64,000 bases of DNA from Catajapyx aquilonaris (taxonomy: Eukaryota), in the NCBI GenBank assembly GCA_000934665.2, contig KZ538383.1, positions 1 through 64,000 of the forward strand, read 5' to 3'. Within the stretch, counting starts at the first letter, position 1, and every line of letters starts with the position of its first letter. Below, in pieces: positions 47,616 through 60,000 of this stretch. The translations under genes were made by a program, and so were the position numbers. Under the pieces are notes generated by a model. That model had not been told where the DNA came from. It was given only the letters and a program-made list of their open reading frames with translations, and made no database searches.

Positions 47616-47915
47616 CCTGCCGAGGGATTACGCACCGGGTGCTCCCTTGACACCGCCACAAGCCATTTCCCAGAGCATTTATGTGGCGACCCTACCGGAC
47701 TAAGGCTGAACTTTATAGGAACGAAAGAGGAGGGCTCGAGGGCTACATGCTGGCCCAACATGGCCGCCGGCGGCCATGTTGGGCCCCCCAATGTAGCCCT
47801 TCCCTTTCGTACCTATAAAGTTCAGCCTTAGTCAGGTCGGGTCGCCACATAAATGCTCTGGGAAATGGCTTGTGGCGGTGTCAAGGGAGCACCCGGTGCG
47901 TAATCCTTCGGCAGG
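47616..47915. repeat. 300-bp GC-rich near-perfect palindrome
   Basis: Centre GGCCGCC|GGCGGCC at 47768/47769 with no spacer; arms of about 150 bp with few mismatches. Confidence 0.9.
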
Positions 47916-48024
47916 GGGTGGGTGGGGAGTGACCTAACCTGAGTCTTCTACAGCCATGCTCGAGACTAGACCTGTTTAGAGGGAAACTAGGGAACCGGTT
48001 AGTATCCTTGAGTAGAGGGTGGTG

Positions 48025-48188
48025 CGAGGGGGTACTCACTCGACTGTAAAGTGCACACCGGAGTACCAAATTCGAGGAGTACCGAGGAGTACCTGGAAGT
48101 ACCTGGAAGTACCAAGGAGTACCCAAGAGTACCAAAGAGTACCACTGCAGGTGTACAGCACCGGAGTACCGAAGTGAGTACCCCCTTG
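48025..48188. mobile_element. MITE with 8-bp TSD (P-element-like termini) and internal ~10-bp tandem repeat
   Basis: C(G/A)AGGGGGTACTCACT TIR; GGGTGGTG on both flanks; internal (GAGTACCnnn) array. Confidence 0.8.
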
Positions 48189-51100
48189 GGGTGGTGTAGC
48201 CAACTTCCGTCGACACAACAACAGAGGCGAAAGACAGCCACAAAGACACCCATGTGAACCCAGATGAATTGTCAACTGGATCGAGTCTGTATGATTTTAG
48301 TATATTAAGTAATATTTCCTAATCTCTCGAGGGCGTGGGTCAATTATTTTTGGGTGCAATGTAGACCTTCATAAATATAGGCTACTTTATTTACCACTAG
48401 GTACCGCACTGCCCCTCAGAGGGGAACGTTCCAATGGTAAGGAAAGCATCTCCTTAAGAAGCCTGGTTCAGACGCTTCTGTTAGTGTCATTAAATTTTCG
48501 GCTCTTCTTGCATTTTCTACGGATAGGCATCCACCAGATGGAGGCAGGTATGCCATAAATGCTATTTCGTAAAAAAAAAAAAAAAAAAAGGACAGATGGG
48601 CCCATATTGCATTGTGGTCTTCAATTGATTCCACTGTGATATACCGTACTCTATACTTCCTGAAAAATAGGACCTAATCCGCTCAATTTGTAGGAGACTT
48701 TTAAAATTGCACATACATTTTAAATTACGCGACAGAAATTTTATTTACTATTAATGAACGGAGTATGTAGATTAGAATATTACTAGTCTACTGGCTGAAA
48801 CTCTGGACATAAATGGATGTTTCTGTAATTCAATATAATATATTACATGTACAGTACGTACGTATAATATTTCAGTCCTATGTTTCCCTTTTAAGCCGTA
48901 ATTTTCTACTTTGAACTTTACACCGGACTCTTTGGTCAGAAGTATGGTGTGCAGTGCTTTCAGGTGTTTGTTTCTTTGTATTAGTTATGTTAGTGAGTTT
49001 AGAGAGAAAAATAACGACAATTCTATAATTATTTTGTTTTCATAAAGCCTTTCACGTGCATAAAGTTCTTTGCTGAATATTAACATGCCCACACACAGAT
49101 ATACGACATATCTTCTTGGAATATAGTATACGTACTTTGCACGGTAGTATTATTAATTATTATGCTGCAGTGAAGTGAAAGAGCATTCACTAAAGTCGTA
49201 AACACATTCCAAGCGAGTGGGTCCTGCCACTGTAAAAGTGCAGAGGCTGTTACAGTATGTTTTACTGTTGTAGAGAATCAGCACACAATATGTGATTACG
49301 TATATAGAGACTATATTGCATTGTGCCGGAGCCAAATTATGATAGGCAACATTATTTTATTTTATTTTATAGCATATCAACAATGTGTTGTGGATGTTCA
49401 ATTTCTTGTGAACATTGAACCTGTGTAAGTGTGAAATCTAACTGTCCCAGAATATTAGCAGTAGAATATATTCCGACAATCCTTTTAAAACCTGAGTGAA
49501 TAATTATTGTGTCTGCCAATATTAAACGGGGTATAAATAGGATCTGTGGGCTTAGAGGAGACAATGGTTTCCATGTGGTTAATTTTGTATGGGGATTATG
49601 GTTCATAAATTTAATATATATGTCAGTCTATCAGGTAGGATTCATTTAATGGCGTTTCATAATGCAGGAAATGTTCTAGGCAGTGAGGCATAGACTATAC
49701 ATAATTATATACATATGCACGAAGAGTGGAACATCTAAAGCTGTGATCAGTCTGTTTCACCTTTTTTCTCACTTACTTTCTGTAAATTTCCCAACAGGCT
49801 AAAGACCCTGGGCCTAGGCCCTAGACTAAAGACTTACCTTACTGATGTAGTACTATACACCTTGGACTTCGCTACCGTTGACACCTCACCACAATAAATT
49901 ATTGGACTCCATTATTGGCTATAGGTGACTTTGGAATATCAATTCTCAGTTTATGGACCTATTATTATCTCTCTTATACCTCCCACATTTTATTTATCTT
50001 TTTTGTTGTAACGTAGGGAGCTACAAATAGTAATGTCCGTACTATACTATAAGAATAGCAGGTGTAAGTTTAATTTTTCTTCTTTCTCAATTCCTTGTCA
50101 TCATATACACCATTCTCACTGAATGCCATGCTACATGCTCTGGTTATAGTCTTGACTTGTCTGTACAGTACTAACCCGACCGACCCTGACCAGAAGCTAG
50201 GCGGCCAGGAGGGAAACGGCGGATATGTCTGCAAGTCGTCGAAGGCTTACCGGGGTGGAACGATTATATTTGCCAGCTGGGACCTGGAAGCGACGGGCAA
50301 ATTTCATACTGAATAAGAGTGATGTCAGGATGTTCCTCCATTGTCGTATATACGGTGAACTACACTTACCAGTGAAACAAACAAACAGTAGGCCTCTGTA
50401 GGGAGCAGAATAAGTTCACACTGGACCTCGAGCGGTAACATATACAAATTATAAAACATAAACATGTACCAGTGGCTTTCGGCAAAGATGTGCTAAAGAT
50501 TTTATTGATGGTGAGGCTGCCAATTATATACTATATCACCAAGTGTTAATCTGATAAGTGAATAAATAGAGTCTTAATAATATTATCATAATTTATTTTT
50601 GGTTCAATGGGGCACAAAATACCAATGGGATATGCTCTTCAAGTTAGTGAAGAAATGAAAGATATTTTTTGTTATGTTATTCTGCAAGATGTATGATGTT
50701 ATTATACAATATAAAATGTCGCATCATTCGAATCATGATCAAGAATTTAACTTTCCGCTAGTTATTATAGGATCTTTCCAGGTTTACAGTATAGTAACAT
50801 ATGCAAACACAGCAGTCATTATATTGTTTTGTATAGTTATACAATAAGTATAGTATCTGGAATTCAAACTCTCTTTCACTGCGTTGTGGAATACACTGCT
50901 TTTAAAAGCAGAAAACAAAATAAAATAATGGAATGTTAGATCCTATGAAAACGTCGTCCTTTGTGTCAACCAACCTGAAAGTGAGCGGCAGGTCAATAAT
51001 GCACCATGCTGTAGAGACGCTGAACTTTGACACAAGCTTCTGCATCGCAGTCATAGTTTATTTTTTATACACTTCCTGAACAAAACGCCGTTAAATTCTG

Positions 51101-54100
51101 AGCACGCATCATTTTATTACCGGTGTATCACTGCAACAAAGTTTTTCAAAAAGTGCAAGTGGGTCACACTTCCCTTGGAATGACCAATTATCAGTCTGTC
51201 ATACATTAGACCACACTAAACATTATACTCCTCTTGGTTGAACATGAAGTATTAAACAATCAAGATTATATGCAATGACGGGCCAATAGAAATGAAAATA
51301 AAAATGTGGCCACAAACTGAAGAATCCTCCCAGTCATCGCTCCGAAATTTACTTTGGCCCTTTCTAGCACGGGAAATAACGAAACATTGCCTCCAGGGCG
51401 TCAACTCGGAGAGTTCTTCATATTGTACCAGAGCCCGATAACTTATAGATAAAACCATGACTGGTCTTCTCCTGACAGTTCAGGTTTTGTATCCTGATTT
51501 TGATAACCTACCATGGTTTCAGTACTGATTATAAATCAACATAGTTTTCTTATTCATCGTGAGCAAAAAGCCTTTGCCGTGTAACCATGACCATAGCGAC
51601 CTATAATAATTAAACGAAAAAGTTGCTTTTGCTCAATTGCAAACTTATATTCCTGTTAATCACGTTGTGTTATGGACCTGGGTATTGAGAAAGTGACATA
51701 GTTAGCATATGCGAACCTTTTTCTCACGACGGTACATCTCACTGTTATCGCAACATTTTTGGCACGTTGAGTGGCTCTTGGCAATAAAAAGTCCAAGTGT
51801 TAAACTAGCTCAGTTGCCAATTATCCCCCCATCTGATTCAGATCTTTCATTCAATCTTTGCATATAATGTGGAATTTAGAGGATGAGGTTTTTTTATTGA
51901 GTTATTGACCAAAGACAAAGTTGTAACAATGGATCTCGAATAAACAACAACTGAAAAAATAAGCTACAGTATAATCTTAAAATGCCATGCCTATATATTG
52001 TACAGTACAGCAAAATGGTTTCAGATTAAACTTTAGCGGCTTGAGGGCCTCAGCCTGGAAAGCGGAAGTTATTATGTCCTTGGGGTAACTACCATGTTAA
52101 CGTATCGAAAATTTTAGAAGTAAACACATTACTCAATGGCGTGTAGTTACTGTATCTCCGCTGTCCCGCCTAAGGGCTAGTAAATAATCGAATGAACTGA
52201 ACCCATGCTTTAATTATTCTGGCGTTTTTAAACAGTGCTCGGTATTGTTATTTAATAAATAATTATCAAAGACTCTTGAAACACCATAATATTACGTGAC
52301 AAAATAAACTTCCGCAGTTTGGTCATTTTAAAATTCAACAGTGCCTTCTCATAAGCTGCATTAACTCGTGGGAACCACGTAATGCCTAAGCCGTCCTAAT
52401 CGACTGCTCTCTAAATCCTGTCTGTTTACCCGATTACTGCCAAGAGCCACTCAATTGTTGTCAAGTAGAATTACTGTCAAGTTACTGCGGCACATATAGT
52501 GCAAAAGTAATTTTCTCTGCATTTTTTTGCGTAACTCTGAGTACATCGGTAAATTTACAAATGCATTTGCGAACATTTTATGACAACTATTATGCTATTC
52601 ATATAAGAAGTGTACCTAATGTTGGTACTATTGGTTAATTTAGCTTACGTTAACTGTTCTTGAGCAGTTTCAATCATGTTTCAATCGAAACTGACATCAC
52701 AAATGCATTTTAGTGATTCCAGAGACTGCAAGAATTATATCGCATTAAATGCAGGACGGTCATTTCAGTTGCCAAATGCTGGATATTTTAATTAAACAGT
52801 GCGAACAATAAGTAATCCGGTTTTATTCATCCTGTAGCTTTTAAACTTTCGGTGCCAGAAAAATTCTACAGTTCAGCCTAATAATTGTTTGAAATGACTT
52901 GAATATTAGTTGGAACTTTTGCAACGGTGAAAAGTTACTCCTTCGCTTGGCATTGTTGCATCCTCATTACGGGTCCAGGTATATTATGTATTCAATGACG
53001 TATCAGAATGACACGGTTTATCCGGCAGCCATATTGAAGCTTACTCCGCCACAACGAAGAAAAATTTGAATGGAATAATATTGTAAACAGGCTAATACTT
53101 ATCGGTATAGTGTTGTTCAAAAGGGGTAAGAAGCTGTTATGTTTAAGTTATGTCAATGAAAATATCATATGCCGCACTTGCCACGATTAAAATTTGATTT
53201 CTTCATTTTTTAATTCTTATACTGTCACGATGAGCACTGTACTCACCGAAATTAGATGAGCAGTACATTTCTCTGTCGTCTAAAACAGATATCTGCATGC
53301 AACTTGCAAACATGAAGATTTGCCGAATTATACGCATGAATCATGCAGTTAACATATGCAGATGTCTGTTTTAGATGCTTAGGACACTGAATGTAAGCGA
53401 TAAACTGCGACTTACAATAATGATTCAGTGATTACCTTTGGGGAGAAAAATAACTCTTCTCTGTAATTTCCGCGCCGGACGGAAAGTTGCTTATTGGTGA
53501 AGATGGACATCCTGTAACCGCACTAAAGTACTAATACAGGAATATAATAAGAGTAGGTATGTGTAAGTTGACTAGACTATCCATGCTTATAAATCAGTGT
53601 GTGCGGTAAATCTGCAGTTCATTTTTTTCCGACGCGAAATAACATTCGGCGACATAATATGGAAGAGCCACAATCAAAATCCGTGTCAACTCTATTATTC
53701 CTGAAATTGATCAAATAATTTTGAGTTTCATTGCGCGTTCTGTTTAAAATTGTCGGTTTTTTGCCACTCATTATCGTGACAAGGTGGTCCAAAAGTTCCG
53801 CTCATTCTCTCAAATCTCTTGCGAAATTTTAAGAACTATAAGAAAGGGAAGGTATTTCTGTCACTGTTACTTATGTCAAAAATGCAGTAGTGGCATGTAA
53901 CAAAATCAGCTAACATGGGCAGGATTGCTGAAATAATTTTTCTCTGTCATCGATTTTGATACTGCACAGTGTTTCATCCCGTGAGACGTAACCCCGTCGT
54001 GTATCCATGGCACCACCTTATCCAATCTCGACACTGCTGTTATTTTCGTCCCGAATATAGGATCCTATTGCTTTTAACTCAAAGTGCTTGCTTCCCACCC

Positions 54101-55300
54101 AAGCGTCACCGGATACATTATGTCGCCATAGAAACCGTCGCTCTCTCTTTAGAACGTAAGTAGACGCTGCCTGTTTTATTCCCAGAATCGCAACTGTGGT
54201 CTTGTAATCCATTCCCTAGACGCACAAATTATTATTGCAATCGATCGTGAAAAGCTCTACAATTTTGCCTCTTGATATCTTCTTTAGCGGCACACTAACT
54301 ATATTTGACAGTTATGCCATGTAAAATGAAATTGGCTTCATCAATTTACGTCGGGGATAATTCATATATTACGTAATTGTATGCCTTTATAGAAACTAAT
54401 AATGGCGACCAAAAGCCTGTATCATGATGGTTTTTGTGTTCATTTACGTACCGGTATAGAGGATTATTAATTTTACCGGATGAGTGATGCCCCTGCCAGA
54501 TATGTAGTGTGGTGAACCTAGCTGGAGGTACTCTAACGTCCAGGATATTGCACGTTTCCGGCCCTTTGGCGATGCCTACAAGACCAGTAACTTCGAGATT
54601 GGAAAGGATACAATTTAACGATTAGACCTGAGCAGAGTCGAATGATTTTGCGATATGAGACTTTGAAGATTGCATTATCCTTTAACACTACGCATGTAGG
54701 GGACTGTTCTTTCTCTGTCAGAAGATTGGCTTGACCTCCAGAAAGTAAAAGTCAAGGAGTATGTTACGCAATGCCTAACTCAATTTTGACCAGAAGGTGA
54801 CTCTGGTTGTTCTGCATTTTACGTATATAAAATATACACGAACCAGTTGTGTCATATGCATGAGGCGGGGAAAAACACGAGTTTTGCATTAGTATCAACT
54901 CTCTAATGAAATTTTCTCACTATGGCAACAGTCGCCGCGTGTTGTATTGCAGGAAGTCGAGGGGACGCCTATTGCAATAAAAATATAAACAGGTGGCAGA
55001 ATGGGATGACTCTTTCACACCTTGTTTTCACATTTGTTTGGTGCACCAGCACTACCGCATTTGATTTGATTTTCGGTAACAAGACATGCTGTCAACTCAA
55101 AACTATTTGACTAGAGTTAGGCACGGTTTCGAGGAACTCTTCTAAATCGTGTACCAAAAGGGTGTCACTTAATGTTCGCAAGAGAATGACGAAAGACCAG
55201 AGGCAACAACCGGTAACGCAGACTTATCGTCATTGCCTTCCGAGCATGCACCCGTACATTAATAAGGAAGACAAATGTTCGACACCGACTTGAGATTCTG

Positions 55301-57049
55301 TTATCCCGAAGGTACTACTAGACCCTCCTGTTGCAAGTCTGGCAGCAGGTGCTGGAAGCCACAACTCTGAAACTGCCTGAAGCGCGCCTGAATCCTGTCG
55401 AGCAACTTATCCTTAAACCTATGAGCACTTCGGTCCACAACGGAGGCGCTCTTGACGCAATCGTCACCACCGAACTCGCACACCCGGTAGTGGTGCAGGA
55501 AGGCAGCCTCCGCCGGTACCGGCAGCGTTCGTGTTCCAGCCACCATCTCCCACACAAAATGGTTGCCCGCCTCCACCACTTTGGTGGGCACACAGATGTA
55601 CTTGGACCTCTGCTTGTGTGGGTGAAGCTTGGCCCGGCGACGAGTTTTGAGGAAAGTGACCAACGGGGCTTGCCATGTACTAGCCACGGGGTCGTCCGGC
55701 CATTGCAGATAGAAGAAGGCGTTTTGGAACGAATACGATCCGATGGTTTTGGGGTCGGCCATCTTAGAGAGGCGGTGAAGTAGGCCCTGCAAGGTGTCGT
55801 TCTGGTGCGGGAGAATGAACTCATCCAGGTCGATCAGTATCAGGTACCGCGAGTGGTACATGTGGCGGTACAGGCAGTCGTTTAGGGCGGAGAAGAGACC
55901 CTCGGTACGGATCTCCTTCTGAGACACCATGTCCAACTGCCACGGAAGCACACTGACCAGACCTTCACGGACATAGTGCTGCAGGAGGCAGTCGACGTCC
56001 TTGCCGATGGTGTGATTGTAGAAAGTGAAATGTTGCACTCCCAGAAGCCAGTTGAGTTCCAGAAATTCGATCATCTGCAGGGGATGGTTGTACTCGAAGT
56101 GTAAGGGCTTCACGCACACTGAGAAGTCATATTGGGGAGCTGGCGTGGTGCTGGCGGTGATGTTGGCATTGCGTACCACCAGAAGGTTGTACGGAGTACC
56201 CCCAACGCTGTTCACCACTGACACCTTACCGGGCACCTGCAGCGTGGTCTTGAGCTCGCGCGAGTACAATGGACACATAACAAAGCATGCGCTGTATTTT
56301 AAGTTCCAATTCTCCCTGATAACTTTGACAGCACCTGGAACTATCGCCGGTTCCGTAGTAGAACCGTACCAAAACACACACCAAATCCGGTCCGCACCTT
56401 TGGTCTTGGTCGCTCCGATGATGCGGACGAACTGCCCGACACGACCATCGTAGTAGGCAGAGTATACGAAGAACTTGAAACGGGTTCCACCGACCGACTG
56501 CCACTCGCCATCTTTGGCCGTTGCATTGTGGATGTTGCTGAGGGGAGCTCCTATCACAGGCTTGTTGGGGGCCAAGTCATCCCTGGTCCCCTTGAGCGAT
56601 TTAACGATGGCGGTGTGCGCGCGGGATTTGACCGGACGACGAGTCTCAGGTGTCGTCTTCACCGGCTCGTACTGCTCCAAGTGGACGAATTCTCGGTAGT
56701 CCTGCACGTCGTCTAGTCCTACGAACAATTCCCTGGCTCGTGTCTCTCCCTTGTCGTCCGGTCTCCATGTGTCACGCATTTCGCCTAGGACGTAGGCCAA
56801 CCGTTCCATTTCACCGTTGGCCAACTCGTCGTAGTCACTGTGCATGTTCTTACCGGTTCGGTCGCTCAGGTACACTTGCTCCGCATTTTTGTCGTCTATG
56901 AAGAACACCTCGGCGATTAGGATGAGCCCAAAGATGGCAAAGAAAAAGATGACCAGGAAGAACGAGATGCTGGCCCTTTCACGCAACCGGCTTTTCTTGT
57001 TCTTGGGCTGGAGAGTCCGTCTCAGTTTCGATCGCATGTATGATTTCAT
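55301..57049 (-). CDS. Glycosyltransferase family 92 (DUF23; GALT-1-like), type II membrane protein, about 582 aa
   Basis: Long uninterrupted ORF; basic N-tail, TM FFLVIFFFAIFGLILIAEVFF, stem, then YSAYYD, SVCVKPL, EFLE...GVQHFTFY, LNDCLYR, DLDEFI (DxD), RSKY, LHHYR. First ATG at 57049 (track start 57121 is TTG). Confidence 0.92.
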   Translation of the reverse strand: MKSYMRSKLRRTLQPKNKKSRLRERASISFFLVIFFFAIFGLILIAEVFFIDDKNAEQVYLSDRTGKNMHSDYDELANGEMERLAYVLGEMRDTWRPDDKGETRARELFVGLDDVQDYREFVHLEQYEPVKTTPETRRPVKSRAHTAIVKSLKGTRDDLAPNKPVIGAPLSNIHNATAKDGEWQSVGGTRFKFFVYSAYYDGRVGQFVRIIGATKTKGADRIWCVFWYGSTTEPAIVPGAVKVIRENWNLKYSACFVMCPLYSRELKTTLQVPGKVSVVNSVGGTPYNLLVVRNANITASTTPAPQYDFSVCVKPLHFEYNHPLQMIEFLELNWLLGVQHFTFYNHTIGKDVDCLLQHYVREGLVSVLPWQLDMVSQKEIRTEGLFSALNDCLYRHMYHSRYLILIDLDEFILPHQNDTLQGLLHRLSKMADPKTIGSYSFQNAFFYLQWPDDPVASTWQAPLVTFLKTRRRAKLHPHKQRSKYICVPTKVVEAGNHFVWEMVAGTRTLPVPAEAAFLHHYRVCEFGGDDCVKSASVVDRSAHRFKDKLLDRIQARFRQFQSCGFQHLLPDLQQEGLVVPSG

Positions 57050-60000
57050 GACTTTGTCGGTGAATGATTGGAAATCAATTATTGTGCCCGGTTCGCAAAA
57101 CAAGTCAAGCCTTGTAAACAACAGTTCATGGAGATCATAATCTTGGAAGCATACGTTTGGTGCGCCTGTTCATTCCGGCCATTGTTCCACTCACGCACAC
57201 TGGCAGGCCCGGACAAAATACCCCACAAGTTCGTTACAGTGCCGGTGGGGTGCAAAGTACGAAAGGCGACTGATAAAAGGCATGACCTGGCAGGTGATGC
57301 AGGTCTTTTGCCCACGGCATTGTGCGTCACGAAGCATGGGCAAATCCGGAATGCTGGACACGGCTGGAAACGACATGACTTGGTGTATGTTCGTGGGTTT
57401 GGGTACGGAGATGCACTCTGGACACGAATCACAACTACATGGAAGGCTGATGCTTGCAAAGTATTGACTCACTGTACGACCACCACTATGCTGCTCACCT
57501 TTAGTCGCAAGTCAGCCATATTTTTCCAAACTCCAACAGCTATCAGCAGACATCCAATATCTTCAGTCTTGTACCTAAAATGCGAAATGCAGGATTTGAC
57601 ATGTGCTCAATTAAATAAATATGCGACCGGCAGAATTATAGTTTAGTACCATAAATGACAACAACCACAAGATGTAGATTTCCGGATTGGTATAGACTGG
57701 TAGAATTAACATGCAATAGTTATATACTTATATTACTCACGTATATTACCTACCTAAAAAATTGATACGAGACTACTGCATGCGTGAAATATGTACATCA
57801 CCGGAGAGGCCATACCAAATAAAATGTGTGGAGGATGACCAGGTGTGTGGCAAAAAAAAAAATATTGAACTGACGTGATCGAAACAAAAAAAAAACGATC
57901 GAACGTCCTCCAGAATTTAATCTAGACGGATGACCTTATTGTCCACATGCCGATAAAAGAAACTATTTTATGAGAAAACTCCAGAGGAGAAAAACTTTTT
58001 TCCCCCATTTTAAAACCGGGCTACATGGTTTACACATCAATACCACACGAACGAACTGCATGCAACGCTCGCGGTTTTGAGGAACTGTGCTCACTGGATA
58101 TTTATTCTGAGACTGGCAGAATAAAAATGGGCGGTATCGATTTTTTAGAAATTATGAATTACGTCTCGTTATGAGTTTCATTCCGTCTCTTGTCAAATTT
58201 GACCGGAGTTTTGTGTGGCAATTTTCTCTTTAGTGTCAAGTTTCTCTTTAGCGACTGTGGAGACCTTGCTTCAATACAATACGTGATTGCGACAATTTTT
58301 TTAACAGAGAGCCTGCAATTCACCAGGAATTGAATTCCGTCACAGATTATGTCAAGTACGATAAGAATCGCCCTCATTGTGTCCGTAATCATTACATTAC
58401 TGTTCATTGTATAAAAACATCATTACCAGCGAGTTTAAGGCCATGTTGCGGTGCTGGTTGGTCCAAGGTAGCGGAAAACTCCGCATCTGGTAATGTCACG
58501 AATGTGTGTATGAATATCCTGTACTTGTAGTTTCTGTACCTACCCTGAAAGCTGTATACAGCAGCTTTTGTAATGTACTATATGCACAGAAGCCTGGAAG
58601 TTCAATTAATTTTCCAAGCCTGCTCATGTCAGTTCAGTTTGATAATATACTCGACAACGAGACGCATGTTTCACAACTGCGATATTTATCAGCTGTATTA
58701 TACTGTTCCATGCAGCTTGGCCGCTTCCTTTAAAGGTTCCCTTGCCCCATTTCTAATTCTGAAGTAGGCCTAATATCGGCCAAGGTCCAGCTGATACAGT
58801 ATTCCGTGATCGGAAAGTATTGGAAAATGCTCTTTTAAAATCCACTTCGTGCAGCCTATCAAGAACGACCGCACACAGCACGAGCCAAGAAAAATATTAT
58901 TCTTTGGCCATAAATCTCAGCAACATTTAATTGGACTGCTATGCAAAATTCCGCCTACACTTCGACCGCCATGAATATAACATAGCATGCTGCAGAGTGA
59001 AACAAAAGTCAGCCCAGATTCATATTGATTGTGTTTGCAACATGTGATGTGGAAAGATAGCAATTTAGTCCATCGAACTTGATAGTCAAAAAAAAGCGCA
59101 GCAACTTATCTTATTGCCACGTTTGTGACACACGACTTCCCATTTGATTTCTTCCCGAGAAGGTGCGCCTTCCATGACTAAACTACCAACTAGGGAAAGA
59201 TGGTGCCATGGCAGCTTATCAAGAAACACAATAGTTCAAGGCTTTTTCTGGCCACCGTGTGCGTGTCGGCAGGAAATTCTCATTAGTCCTCCTCATGCAA
59301 CCGCAAAAATGAACCCACTCCCTGGCTGCAGAACCCAGTCAGAATCGGAAGGGGGGGAAAAAACGCGTAAACAAGTGTGCGTTCAATAAAAGAGTAAAAC
59401 CGGATTTTGTGGGGGCGTGTGGTACAGTATTTCAGGGACCGGGAGCGATGGAGTTTGTGGGTACCAGAGACGGTTTCTATTCATTAGTAACTAGTTATGC
59501 AGGTACTTCGTGCAAAATGTATAGTAATGGTTTAGTTACTGGACAAAAATGGCCAATTAGTAAAGTGTAGGTGGCCTAAATTAGGGAAGTTCCTTGCTCC
59601 AGGCAATTAAGTAACTTGGTAATTATATGCAGGTGGAACATAACGAGATGTTTATATTGTGCTAGGCACTTCGACTCCCTAAGAGAAGTGGATAGAGGGA
59701 TGCGAAAAGTACAATTTCAAATAATAATATTTAATTTTTAAAGGGGGTATAGTTGTATACGGCACTAGAAAAGTGAAACATTTATTGGAATAATATACAA
59801 CAGTCAATATGACCAAAGTAATGAGTCGGAATGACCACAAATTATCATATAAGAAATATCACCTTGAACGAGATTTCCACCAATGTCGTGTATAGTATTT
59901 TAAAACCTAGGCACACTTTCTAACGACCTGTATTTATAATTAATGGTTGATTGAAAGTCTACCTCATTATGCACAGTGCATGTTATTCATATTGCTTTTA

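Noticed and set aside
48060..48172. CRISPR-like array
   Set aside because: Units are ~10 bp with no unique spacers, inside a TIR/TSD element in eukaryotic DNA.
55318..57646. Overlapping and antisense ORFs around GT92
   Set aside because: Mostly shadows of GC-rich coding sequence; no recognisable motifs.
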